A stretch of DNA of 16,992 bases from Bdellovibrionota bacterium FG-1. Lineage in GTDB: Bacteria > Bdellovibrionota > UBA1018. The notes beneath the pieces were generated by a model. It was given only the letters and a program-made list of their open reading frames with translations, did no database searches and had not been told where the DNA came from. This document shows positions 1-9,292 of the stretch, piece by piece (positions within the stretch are counted from its first letter, which is position 1; the number at the start of each line of letters is the position of its first letter). The translations under genes were made by a program, and so were the position numbers. The stretch is from positions 1 to 16,992 of the forward strand of contig JBBCAW010000075.1 of the NCBI GenBank assembly GCA_051382295.1, read 5' to 3'.

Positions 1-40
1 TCGTGCGGTATACGCAGTGGGCTTGTCTCCGTAGTCTCAT
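1..40 (-). CDS. tnpA: IS200/IS605-family Y1 (HUH) transposase, N-terminal 13 codons only (partial)
   Basis: The minus strand from 40 reads MRLRRQAHCVYRT, matching the typical TnpA start (..xxHxVYxxxYH.VW). It lies about 45 nt inside the terminal hairpin. It is absent from the ORF track because the window truncates it. Confidence 0.7.
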   Translation of the reverse strand, partial: MRLRRQAHCVYRT

Positions 41-86
41 GAACCGAGCTTCTACCACGAAAAGAAGACCTGGGAGCCTTATACAC

Positions 87-106
87 CCCCGGACTTACGT
101 CCGGGG
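87..106 (-). repeat. IS200/IS605 left-end subterminal hairpin (candidate TnpA binding site)
   Basis: 8-bp perfect stem 87-94/99-106 with a 4-nt loop. Confidence 0.75.
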
Positions 107-122
107 ATCTTCTAAGGTACTA

Positions 123-1867
123 TTAGATACCGGCAACTTTACAGAGAAACTCAACCCGACCCTCGCGGTAGATGGACTGGGGTCGAAGAGAATGGCAAGC
201 TGCGACGACTCGATAAGACTGAGCGAGCTGATTTTTCGAAAATACCAAAAGGTTCTCGCATTTTTGGCACAGTTTCCCAGTGGGCACCGTCGTTTTCCGC
301 GGCTAACGTTTATGACTTTGACTTTGAAGGAACAACATACAAACCCACTCCCGGCCAATGCTGGATAACGTCTCACGACAAGATGCGTGTTCTCGGAAAG
401 ATTGGTCGCCTTTTCGTTGAGGGTGACTTTCCCAGGTACGTAGTGTTTCACGACGATTTTCAGTTTGCGAAGATTACAAATCCTTGGGACGACACCGCAC
501 CCGCCCAAGATAAGACCTACACCGTTCAGACCAATGAGAAGGTAATCGAGCGTTGCCTGCTTATGACCACCGACCCCGGCGATCTGGTGCTTGATCCAAC
601 CTGCGGCAGTGGAACCACTGCTTACGTTGCAGAGCAATTAGGGCGACGTTGGATCACATGCGATACCAGTCGCGTTGCTCTAGCACTGGCGCGCACGCGG
701 TTCATGGGCGCCAAGTATCCCTACTATCTCCTGGCAGACTCGCCTGAAGGTATCATGAAGGAAAAAGACCTTACGGGTAAGATACCTCCCGAACACAAGA
801 CCGACGGCGACATCAAAAAGGGGTTTATCTACAAACGCGTCCCGCACGTCTCTCTTAAGTCCATCGCAAACAATCCTGACATTAAGGAAGGGATGACACG
901 GCTACAGATTGACGCAGCCATCAATCGTCACGCCGAAACAGAATCGCTCTACGACTTGCCATATGAAGACAACAAGCGCGTGCGGGTGTGCGGACCGTTC
1001 TCCGTAGAAAGCCTATCACCGCATCGTGTGCTGTCCACGGCTGACGATAATCAAGACGGCACAGTAACGGAGCAGGAGGCTCACAAACAGCAGGACTTCG
1101 CCACCATGATTCTGGAAAATCTCAAGAAGTCTGGCGTTCAGAATACCCGAAAAGCGGAACGGCTCACCTTTGAGAGAATTGACCCCTATGCCGGAACCTG
1201 GTTACAGGCCGTAGGCCATTACAGCGATGCCGATGGCAAGGCTCGCCGCGTGGCCATTTCCATTGGTCCAGAGCACGGCACCGTTGGCCCGCAGCAGGTG
1301 AAGGAAGCCGCCAAAGAAGCTGTGCAAGGCGTGGGATTCGACATGCTCGTCGTCTGTGGCTTCGCTTTCGATCCGCATGTCGCCGAGGAGGCGAAACGTT
1401 ACGGTAAACTGACCGTTCTACCAACCAAGATGAACCCCGATCTGGCGATGGGCGACGAGCTCCTCAAGAAGACAGGCGCAGGAAATCTATTCATGGTCTT
1501 CGGTGAGCCGGACGTTGAGATCAAGAAGCAGAAGAATGGAAAGATTGTAGCCGAGATCAAAGGAGTGGATGTCTACGATCCAACCACCGGTCAGATTCGC
1601 AGTGCCTCCACTGACGACATCGCCTGCTGGTTCATCGACACGGAATATAACGGCGAGAGCTTCTTCGTGCGACACGCCTATTTTACTGGAGCAGATGAAC
1701 CCTTCGACAAACTCAAGCGGACATTACGGGCAGAAATCGACGAAACAGCTTGGAGCAGTCTTTACAGCACGGTGAGCCGACCTTTCGAAAAACCAAAAAT
1801 GGGCAAGATCGCCGTGAAGGTTATCAATCATTATGGCGACGAAGTCTTGAAGGTATTTGAGGTATAG
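123..1867 (+). pseudogene. mod: Type III-like site-specific DNA adenine methyltransferase (Mod subunit), 3' portion, interrupted by the IS
   Basis: The frame of ORF 383..1867 stays open upstream to 116 and reads xRYRQLYRETQPDPRGRWTGVEE...YDFDFEGTTYKPTPGQCWITSHDKMRVL. It carries the SAM-binding motif I region TDPGDLVLDPTCGSGTTAYVAEQLGRRWITCD and the long C-terminal extension (WFIDTEYNGESFFVRHAYF...KIAVKVINHYGDEVLKVF) typical of this Mod family. The catalytic DPPY-type motif is absent here and is expected upstream in beta-class order. Confidence 0.8.
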
Positions 1868-1871
1868 AAAA

Positions 1872-3197
1872 ATGACTAACAGTGACACCGCACCAGGCAG
1901 CACTAGTGGTACCTTCTCTTTTCTTAAGGGTGGCGATAACGCCGTCGCACCAAGAGACGGGAAGGCGTTTGACTGGGAGCAGGCTGCACTCAAAGTCCGT
2001 GAGCAGCTCAGCGATGCGATGAACGCGAAGCATGTTGCGTTTCTTATCGGATCAGGGTGCTCGTCCCACGTTGTGAAAGGTCAGCAGCTCGGTGTTCCCA
2101 CGATGAAGCCGATTGCGGCCGACTTTACTGGCATGGTGGGTGCCAAGGGTGATTTGTATCACGTCACAGCCGAAGAAAATTCCATCCTCCTGAAACACCT
2201 GGGGTTAAATATTGCTGATCCGGAGTACGCCAATAACCTCGAACGCCTTATGGAAATTCTTTATAGTTTACAGTTCGTTCTTAAACGGAGTCACAACGAC
2301 GAGCTTAAAAAGGCCGCCAACGCTGTGCACACTGTGATCGAGAAAATTACTCGTTTCATCCTTCGTTCATGCACGAAAGGAAAATTTTCAGAAGGCGATG
2401 AGTCACTTTTGGGTCTCTATCAAGCCTTCTACCGCAAACTTGTCTATCGCGATCGTGCGTTGCCACGCCCTTGGGTTTTCTCTACGAATTACGATCTCTT
2501 CAATGAAACCGCAATGGATCGGCTTGGCATCCCATACTGCAATGGCTTTTCAGGGACCGTTGAACGCCGTTTCAATCCCGCCACATTTCGCTATTCGCTC
2601 GCGGAGCAGTTTGATATTTCCAGCCGCAAATGGACGGCGGTCGATAATTTTGTCTACCTGTGCAAGCTACACGGTTCAATCAACTGGATTGAAGAAAGCA
2701 AAGGTCTCTTCCCGATTCGCGAATTACAACAGGCTGCAACTGACGGTGGAAGTCGCGTAATGATTTATCCGACACCAGCAAAACAAAATGCCAGCCTCGG
2801 CTCACCATACTCCGATCTATTTCGAGAGTTCCAATCTCGAATCGTTCGAGAGCAGAGCGTTCTCTTCGCGCTTGGATACAGTTTTAGCGACGAACATCTC
2901 AATAATATTATTTTTCAGGCACTTACAGTGCCAACCTTTCGGCTAGTTGCTCTTTTGCCACCTGATGCTGACGGTGTACCTCTTCAACTTCGTAGTCTGG
3001 CTGATCCGCGAATCTGGATAATTGGTGGGGATGGTCCGTCAGAGGGGCGAAAAGCCCACTACTTTGATACCTTTATTGACAAGTTTATGCCCGAACCGCC
3101 TGGCGACAAAGTCGATACCGCCGTTGCAAAAGTACTCCAGACGCTAATTGGTGGCGCGAAAAGCCGGGAAGAGGAAGACGTGTCCGATGACCTCTGA
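1872..3197 (+). CDS. SIR2-like (sirtuin/NADase) domain protein of a Sir2-HerA anti-phage system
   Basis: Motifs FLIGSGCS, FSTNYD, LCKLHGSINW and LGYSFSDEHLN. ATG at 1872 is 4 nt after the mod stop and is preferred over the TTG at 1857. The 3' end overlaps the herA start. Confidence 0.9.
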   Translation: MTNSDTAPGSTSGTFSFLKGGDNAVAPRDGKAFDWEQAALKVREQLSDAMNAKHVAFLIGSGCSSHVVKGQQLGVPTMKPIAADFTGMVGAKGDLYHVTAEENSILLKHLGLNIADPEYANNLERLMEILYSLQFVLKRSHNDELKKAANAVHTVIEKITRFILRSCTKGKFSEGDESLLGLYQAFYRKLVYRDRALPRPWVFSTNYDLFNETAMDRLGIPYCNGFSGTVERRFNPATFRYSLAEQFDISSRKWTAVDNFVYLCKLHGSINWIEESKGLFPIRELQQAATDGGSRVMIYPTPAKQNASLGSPYSDLFREFQSRIVREQSVLFALGYSFSDEHLNNIIFQALTVPTFRLVALLPPDADGVPLQLRSLADPRIWIIGGDGPSEGRKAHYFDTFIDKFMPEPPGDKVDTAVAKVLQTLIGGAKSREEEDVSDDL

Positions 3198-5250
3198 TGA
3201 TCGTCGCAGAGCACTCGGCAAAGTTGTATCCGTCGCAGCCGACAGGTTCGTGGTGGAGCTTCATCGGGGAAATGATAATTTTACCGTAGTCGGATTTGAT
3301 GATGTTCACTATATCGCGCGTCTGGGGTCCTTCGTAGTCATTCCGGTTCAAGCTGAATACGTAGTTGCTGAAGTTGTTGGCCTGCGCGAGAAGGACCCCA
3401 CGGCAAACCGCCCCGCAAAAGACGACGGGAAAGAACTAGACAAGGCTTCCTCATCAAAGTTTCTTGATCTCGTGCCGGTAGGGATGCTGCCACAAAAGCG
3501 CGATGGTGAATTTCGATTTGGGGTGTCCACCTTCCCTTCATTATATGCTGACGCTCTCTATGCCTTGGACGCGGAACTCGACCGCATATTTGAAGTATCG
3601 GGCTGGGTAGAACCGGTGCCGCCTGGACTGGACGAATCAATTACTCGATATAGAGCTCTTACCATTGGGACATCTGTAGTCTTTCAGGGTTATGACTTGA
3701 AGGTTCGCGTTGATGAATTTTTTGGAGGGCACGCCGCCATTCTTGGCAATACTGGAAGCGGAAAGTCCTGCACTGTGGCCTCGGTACTTCAATCCCTTTT
3801 TGAAAAGCGGAACGAGCTTGTTGCGAGAGGAGCTACGTTTATCGTCCTCGATGTAAACGGGGAATATCGACGAGCTTTTACGAAATTGCCGGAATCAATC
3901 ACCCGTCATTATCTTCGAGTCGCCTCGAACCCCTATGAGGCAGCACCCCTCCCGGTGGATGCGCACGAAACAACGGGTACCTTCCGGCTTCCCCACTGGT
4001 TCATGTCTGTGGAAGAATGGGAACTGCTTCTGCGCGCTAGCGAGAGAACGCAACAACCAGTGCTGAGGACGGCACTTGGCCTCTCGACGCTATTCTCCAA
4101 AGGTAGAGATGGTCAGCTCGACAAAATTAAAAATCACATTCTTGCCTCGTGCATTCAGGGCATCCTGGCAAGCGACGCTGGCAGTCCAACAAAATCGGAT
4201 CGAATTACAGGTTTGCTTTCAACATTTTCGACTGCTGAGATCAGTTGCGACAAGCTAAGAGGTATGATCGCCATTAGTTACGGCCAAATGGCAGATGCGG
4301 AGGGCCTGGCCACGCTTTTACAAGGTCACATTCTAGAGAATATTTCTCTTCCGGGCTATTCACGCTGTGAATTCAAGTTCGAAGACATGGGAGCCGCGCT
4401 TGATTTGGCTCTCTGTTATGAGGAGGCGCACGGTAACCGGCAAATCAGAGATTATTGCGCACAGATGCTAACGCGTTTTAAGTGGATTAAAGAGCGTGAA
4501 GAATTTGCATTTCTTCGTGTTCCACCAAACAGCCTGAACAGTGAAGAACGTCATATTGATCTGTTTGTTGAGAATTTCCTGGGGCTGAAAAGGAAAGCCG
4601 ATAAACTTTACAAGACCAGCCAGATTATCATTTTAGACATGAACGAAGCCGACGATGAAGTTGTTGAAGTGGTGTCGGCAGTCATGGCAAGGCTCGTGTT
4701 TGATCGACTGCGCAAAGCCGAGCCGCGGAGCCGATTTCCGGTCAATTTCATTCTCGAAGAAGCTCATCGCTACGTCGCGGAGCACCCGTCTCGACATGCC
4801 ATTGATGCGGGCAGAATATTCGAACGTATCGCCAAGGAGGGACGCAAGTACGGACTATTTCTTATGCTTGCCTCGCAGCGTCCAAGTGAACTCTCTAAAA
4901 CCGTACTATCTCAGTGTTCCAATTTTGTAGTTCATCGCATTCAGAATCCTGATGATCTTGCACACATCCGTCAGATGACCCCATTTGTGTCCGAAAGTGT
5001 GATGAAGCGCCTTACCTCTTTGCCGAAGCAACATGCACTGATCTTCGGTAATGCGGTCAATCTAGCCACGACCTTCAAAGTGCGCGATGTCGATCCAAAA
5101 CCGAAGAGTGACGATGCCGCCATCCGCGACCTATGGTTTAGAAACAAAGATGAGGCGGTTGAACTCACTATCCCCGTGGAGAGGGTGGTCGTTGAAGAGG
5201 ACCCTTTCGGGAGCGCCATAACAGAGAACGATGATGATATTTCATTCTGA
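3187..5250 (+). CDS. herA: HerA/FtsK-superfamily ATPase (DUF87-type), partner of Sir2
   Basis: N-terminal beta-barrel-like region, Walker A GNTGSGKS, LDVNGEY, Walker B ILEEAHRY, KEGRKYG and SQRPSELSKTVLSQ. ATG at 3187 is preceded by GAGGAAG and overlaps the sir2 end by 11 nt. Confidence 0.9.
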   Translation: MTSDDRRRALGKVVSVAADRFVVELHRGNDNFTVVGFDDVHYIARLGSFVVIPVQAEYVVAEVVGLREKDPTANRPAKDDGKELDKASSSKFLDLVPVGMLPQKRDGEFRFGVSTFPSLYADALYALDAELDRIFEVSGWVEPVPPGLDESITRYRALTIGTSVVFQGYDLKVRVDEFFGGHAAILGNTGSGKSCTVASVLQSLFEKRNELVARGATFIVLDVNGEYRRAFTKLPESITRHYLRVASNPYEAAPLPVDAHETTGTFRLPHWFMSVEEWELLLRASERTQQPVLRTALGLSTLFSKGRDGQLDKIKNHILASCIQGILASDAGSPTKSDRITGLLSTFSTAEISCDKLRGMIAISYGQMADAEGLATLLQGHILENISLPGYSRCEFKFEDMGAALDLALCYEEAHGNRQIRDYCAQMLTRFKWIKEREEFAFLRVPPNSLNSEERHIDLFVENFLGLKRKADKLYKTSQIIILDMNEADDEVVEVVSAVMARLVFDRLRKAEPRSRFPVNFILEEAHRYVAEHPSRHAIDAGRIFERIAKEGRKYGLFLMLASQRPSELSKTVLSQCSNFVVHRIQNPDDLAHIRQMTPFVSESVMKRLTSLPKQHALIFGNAVNLATTFKVRDVDPKPKSDDAAIRDLWFRNKDEAVELTIPVERVVVEEDPFGSAITENDDDISF

Positions 5251-5353
5251 CGCTGGCGGGCGAAATGCTCCGTGATGATGACTCAGATAAGGCAGCATTT
5301 CAAACGCGCCATGACAGCATTGTCGCTGTTGAAGCTGCTGTGGTGGGTCGTAA

Positions 5354-8300
5354 ATGAAACGCCTCAAAGATGGCTCTTTCCGCTTTTCTCCTTCTGACCT
5401 CACGACCTATCTTGAGAGCCCGTTCTCAGCCTGGATGGACCGCTGCGCGATAGAGTTCCCGGAACAGTTCAAGAGCGATCCAGATGACGAGTCAGCGAAG
5501 CTCATCCAAAAGAAGGGCAACGAGCACGAAGCACGCGTTCTTGCCTACCTAAAGACCAAGCATGGACACGTAGAGGTGATTCCATCTGAAGGCGATTTTG
5601 AATCCCGCCACAATGCCACACTCGCCGCGATGAGGACGGGACATGCGGTTATCTATCAGGGCGCTCTAAAACGCGAACCCTTCAGCGGATACGCGGATTT
5701 TCTGGTTAAGGTTGTAGGTCAGTCGAAGCTCGGCACCTACCACTATGAGGCATGGGACTCGAAGCTCGCGCGCAAGACCAAACCGTATTTTGTGATTCAG
5801 TTGCTTGCCTATTCTGAGATGCTCGATGAGATCCAAGGTGTGTTCCCCGCGACCATCACCGTCGTACTTGGAACAAATGAGCACAAAGTGCTCAAGACGT
5901 CGGATTTTCGAAACTACTACCAAAGCGTGAAACGCCGATATCTGGAGTTCAATCGTACTTTCAATCCAAAACAACAACCGATCCCAGAAAAGAGTGAAGA
6001 GATCAGGTCTTGGACCGCCGAGGCCAAGGCGCTAATCGCAAGGACAGATCATCTTTCGCAAGTCGCAGGCATTCGTGGGGCGCAGATCAGGAAATTGGAA
6101 GCGGCGGGCATTACATCCCTGGCAACACTTGCTTCGACCCTACTTGAGAAGATCCCCGACATGGAGAAGGGAACGCTCAAGAAACTCAAGCGGCAGGCGC
6201 GGCTTCAGGTCACATCCAAGGGGTTGCCTGTACCGAAATATGAAATCTTGGAACACGAGGAAAACGCGCGCGTCGGACTGCGCCTCCTACCGCAGCCGTC
6301 GATAAAAGACGTTTATTTTGACATGGAAGGGTACCCACTCTTTGAGGACAAGGGTTTAGAATATCTTTTTGGCGCGATCTACGAAGAAGCAGCCTCGGGC
6401 GGTAAGGAAGCAAGCCAGACTTTTATTGACTTCTGGGCACATGATCGAGCGCAGGAGAAACGTGCATTTGAGGCGTGGATTGACTGGGTTTACGCGCGCT
6501 TTAAGGCTGATCCGAAGATGCACATCTACCACTACGCGTCCTACGAAGTTACCGCGATGCGAAAGCTTTCAACGATGCACGCGACCCGCGAGACGGAGGT
6601 GGACGATTTTCTAAAGAAAGATGTCTTCGTCGACCTTTACCGGATCGTGACGCAAGGAATAGTGGTCGGTGAAGACTCTTACTCAATCAAGAAGATCGAA
6701 CATCTCTTTGGGCAAAAGCGCGATGGCGATGTCACCAACGCGGGTGATTCCATTGTGGAGTACGCAAACTATCTCGCCATGCCGGATGGCGCGGACTATA
6801 AAACGTCTCCGACACTCAAAAATATCCGCGACTATAACGAGGTGGACTGCGTATCGACTCTAAAACTCTGCAACTGGTTGAGAGCGGTACAAAAAGAATC
6901 ACAACTCGACTATCTGATGAAGACGCCCCAGCTCGAAGAGGAAATGGAGCGCGAAGAATCTCCCGCCACCCAGCTCGCCCAGAGTTTGTTGTCTGAACTG
7001 AACGGGAAAACGTCACTTACCGTCGATGAGACAGTCCAAAAACTCCTCGCTGAATTACTTGAGTTTCATCGTCGTGAGGCGAAACAATATTGGTGGAAAT
7101 ACTTTGACTGGATTAACTCGACGCACGACGAGCTGGTGGATCAGAGCGAGTGCATCGGTAATGTAAGGCGCACGGAAAAAGCACCATTGCCCGACAAACA
7201 GTCACTCATCGCCGAGTATCGCTTTGATCCTGGCCAAGACATTAAATTTGTTCCTGGGAGTGACTGCCAGGTCTACGCGGATCACGATAACGTCCTGGGG
7301 GCTGAGATACGCGATCTCGACACCGGTACCGGCCTTTTCACAGTGCGTGTGAGTAAGAAAAAATTGGAAAAAGTCGGTGGCTTTCCAGCCATTGCCTCCA
7401 TTTTACCCGGTGGTCCCATAAGCACTAAGGTGATGACAGAATCTCTTTTTTCCATCGTATCCAGATTCAAAGAAACGAAGCTGAGACATTCCATTCCCAA
7501 GGCCATTGCGGAGCTGTTGTACCGCACTCTGCCCCAAATTGACGGACACAAGGCTGGCGCTCCGTTGATTGCAGAGGGTGATCTGCCCCTCGAACGCACC
7601 ATCGATCTGATCAAGAGCATGAGCGAAACGACGATTTGCATCCAAGGTCCACCTGGCGCCGGAAAAACATATACTGGATCGCATGTGATTCACGCGCTTC
7701 TACAAGCTGGCCGAAGGGTCGGTGTCACGTCGAATTCTCACAAGGCAATTGAGAATCTTATGGGAGCCGTTTTGGATGTCGCGAAGAAAAATGGCTCTGA
7801 AATTACAGGATTTAAAAGTGGCGGTGAGCCGGAATTTCTAGAAAAGACCGGCCTCAAGAAGTTTGAAACCAAAGATATCGCAGCACTGATACCGGCACGT
7901 AATGGACATATATTGATTGGCGGCACCGCCTGGACATTCTCGCGGGAAGAGGCCTGCTCGGATGGAAGAGAAGTGTTGGATTATCTCTTTGTAGATGAGG
8001 CAGGGCAAGTCTCGCTCGCCAATCTCGTCGCCATATCACGCTCGACCAAGAACATTGTTCTCATGGGCGATCAGCGGCAGCTTGAGCAGCCAATTCAGGG
8101 TTCCCACCCCGGCGAGAGCGGTGAATCCTGCTTGAACTACCTGATCCAGGACCATGCAACCATTCCGGCGGAACTCGGCATTTTTTTAGGAACCACATTT
8201 CGAATGCGTCCGGACGTTTGCAAGTTTGTCTCTGATAATTTTTATGAATCGAGACTCGTGGCCGACGGGTCGACGCTCGAAACTGAACTTATACGTCATG

Positions 8301-8791
8301 CCTCATGCCAAGAAGTCGGAAAATCTGAGGGTATTTTATTTATTCCTGTTGAGCACGAGGACTGTTCCCAATCGAGCCGGGAAGAGGTGGCTACCATCAA
8401 CTCGGTGATTGGTGAACTCCTCAAGTCGCAAATCAAGGATGCGAACGGTACAAGGCCGCTTACCATGAGAGATATTCTGGTAGTGGCTCCCTACAACCTC
8501 CAAGTCAATCTCCTGAAGCAGACTCTTCCGAAGGGAATTGAAATCGGATCAGTGGACAAATTTCAGGGCAGAGAGGCTCCGGTTGTGATTTTGTCCATGT
8601 GCTCAAGCACGCTCGATGCCTCCCCTCGCGGAGTGGACTTTTTATTCAGCCCCAACCGGCTGAACGTGGCGCTCTCTCGCGCAAAGTGCCTGGCTATTGT
8701 CGTTGGCAATCCGGACTTGGCTGCGACAGACGGCACATCAATCGAGAAGATGAAAATGGTGAATTTATTTTGTGGGATTGTAAACTGCTGA
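5354..8791 (+). CDS. TM0106-family RecB-like nuclease fused to an RNase H-like domain and a UPF1/DNA2-like SF1 helicase
   Basis: N-terminal FSPSDL, nuclease motifs GYADFL / WDSK / QLLAY, HhH-like LSQVAGI, RNase H-like YFDMEG..YLFG..IYHY..YNEVDC, and helicase motifs IQGPPGAGKT, VDEAGQ, GDQRQL, APYNLQ, SVDKFQGRE, RLNVALSRAK. Confidence 0.88.
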   Translation: MKRLKDGSFRFSPSDLTTYLESPFSAWMDRCAIEFPEQFKSDPDDESAKLIQKKGNEHEARVLAYLKTKHGHVEVIPSEGDFESRHNATLAAMRTGHAVIYQGALKREPFSGYADFLVKVVGQSKLGTYHYEAWDSKLARKTKPYFVIQLLAYSEMLDEIQGVFPATITVVLGTNEHKVLKTSDFRNYYQSVKRRYLEFNRTFNPKQQPIPEKSEEIRSWTAEAKALIARTDHLSQVAGIRGAQIRKLEAAGITSLATLASTLLEKIPDMEKGTLKKLKRQARLQVTSKGLPVPKYEILEHEENARVGLRLLPQPSIKDVYFDMEGYPLFEDKGLEYLFGAIYEEAASGGKEASQTFIDFWAHDRAQEKRAFEAWIDWVYARFKADPKMHIYHYASYEVTAMRKLSTMHATRETEVDDFLKKDVFVDLYRIVTQGIVVGEDSYSIKKIEHLFGQKRDGDVTNAGDSIVEYANYLAMPDGADYKTSPTLKNIRDYNEVDCVSTLKLCNWLRAVQKESQLDYLMKTPQLEEEMEREESPATQLAQSLLSELNGKTSLTVDETVQKLLAELLEFHRREAKQYWWKYFDWINSTHDELVDQSECIGNVRRTEKAPLPDKQSLIAEYRFDPGQDIKFVPGSDCQVYADHDNVLGAEIRDLDTGTGLFTVRVSKKKLEKVGGFPAIASILPGGPISTKVMTESLFSIVSRFKETKLRHSIPKAIAELLYRTLPQIDGHKAGAPLIAEGDLPLERTIDLIKSMSETTICIQGPPGAGKTYTGSHVIHALLQAGRRVGVTSNSHKAIENLMGAVLDVAKKNGSEITGFKSGGEPEFLEKTGLKKFETKDIAALIPARNGHILIGGTAWTFSREEACSDGREVLDYLFVDEAGQVSLANLVAISRSTKNIVLMGDQRQLEQPIQGSHPGESGESCLNYLIQDHATIPAELGIFLGTTFRMRPDVCKFVSDNFYESRLVADGSTLETELIRHASCQEVGKSEGILFIPVEHEDCSQSSREEVATINSVIGELLKSQIKDANGTRPLTMRDILVVAPYNLQVNLLKQTLPKGIEIGSVDKFQGREAPVVILSMCSSTLDASPRGVDFLFSPNRLNVALSRAKCLAIVVGNPDLAATDGTSIEKMKMVNLFCGIVNC

Positions 8792-8822
8792 ACTCAAAAC
8801 GCGGTGTCACCTCAGCCACGCG

Positions 8823-8863
8823 AAAACCGGAAAACCCTGCCGGCCCTTCCATGGGCCGACAGG
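8823..8863 (-). terminator. Rho-independent terminator of the DUF6908-like gene
   Basis: Minus strand CCTGTCGGCCC-ATGGAA-GGGCCGGCAGG (11-bp stem including one G.U) followed by GTTTTCCGGTTTT, starting about 10 nt after the TAA stop. Confidence 0.65.
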
Positions 8864-8872
8864 ATCTGACAA

Positions 8873-9292
8873 TTACTCGGCCTCGGCTCTCACCAGCGTT
8901 CCCTTAGCGAAACCCTGCGCCAGGAGGTTGCGAGCCCACGTCCGCGAAAAGCTCTGAAGGTCGCGCATCGCGCGCTTGGAAACGAGCCAGTTGCCACTCG
9001 CGGCCTGCTCTGCGGCTTTACAGTAGTGCCCCGTCGAGTGCTGGATCGCCACCGGGAGCCAGTCGGCGCCGCCGAGGTCGACGAACTCCATGTCGGGATC
9101 TGGGACCAGGTCGCCGTTCTGCTCGTAGTAGTGAGTGACCGTGATTTGCTTGTCGTGCTTCTCGATCGAAAGAGGCATGAATCCCTCGCTAGCGATCTTC
9201 ACCGCGTAGTGTTCATTCTGGCGGAAGGTTTCCAGCAGGCCGTGGGTGGTCAGGATTTTCTCGATCGCGGACTTCATCGTGGTTCTCGTCAT
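8873..9292 (-). CDS. DUF6908-like hypothetical protein (139 aa)
   Basis: Start at ATG 9292 after a strong RBS (AAAGGAG). The GC-rich 52-aa extension in the ORF track is probably non-coding. The motif MPLSIE...THYYEQNGDLVPDPDMEF resembles DUF6908 proteins of mobile elements. Confidence 0.65.
   Translation of the reverse strand: MTRTTMKSAIEKILTTHGLLETFRQNEHYAVKIASEGFMPLSIEKHDKQITVTHYYEQNGDLVPDPDMEFVDLGGADWLPVAIQHSTGHYCKAAEQAASGNWLVSKRAMRDLQSFSRTWARNLLAQGFAKGTLVRAEAE

Larger units (their letters stand above)
1..122 (-). mobile_element. Left end of an IS200/IS605-family insertion sequence (continues beyond window start)
   Basis: Perfect subterminal hairpin CCCCGGAC-TTAC-GTCCGGGG (87-106). A minus-strand ORF from ATG at 40 resembles a Y1 TnpA N-terminus. 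The mod reading frame is blocked by an in-frame TAA at 113-115. The boundary at 122/123 is inferred from guide/target pairing rules (AGAT guide, CTAA target). Confidence 0.8.

Noticed and set aside
1..122. Group II intron 3' end or simple terminator as explanation for the hairpin
   Set aside because: No domain V/VI consensus is visible and there is no U-tract. The TnpA-like ORF on the minus strand explains the hairpin better.
3..368. 121-aa plus-strand ORF
   Set aside because: It spans the IS end and overlaps the true mod frame out of phase, and has no recognisable motifs.
95..637. 180-aa antisense ORF (and the many other antisense or out-of-frame ORFs inside the large genes)
   Set aside because: These are shadow ORFs of well-supported coding genes, with no motifs or RBS support.
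383..1867. Intact 494-aa methyltransferase starting at ATG 383
   Set aside because: The same frame continues upstream with Mod-like sequence to about 123, there is no good RBS, and the catalytic DPPY-type motif is missing. It is the 3' part of an interrupted gene.
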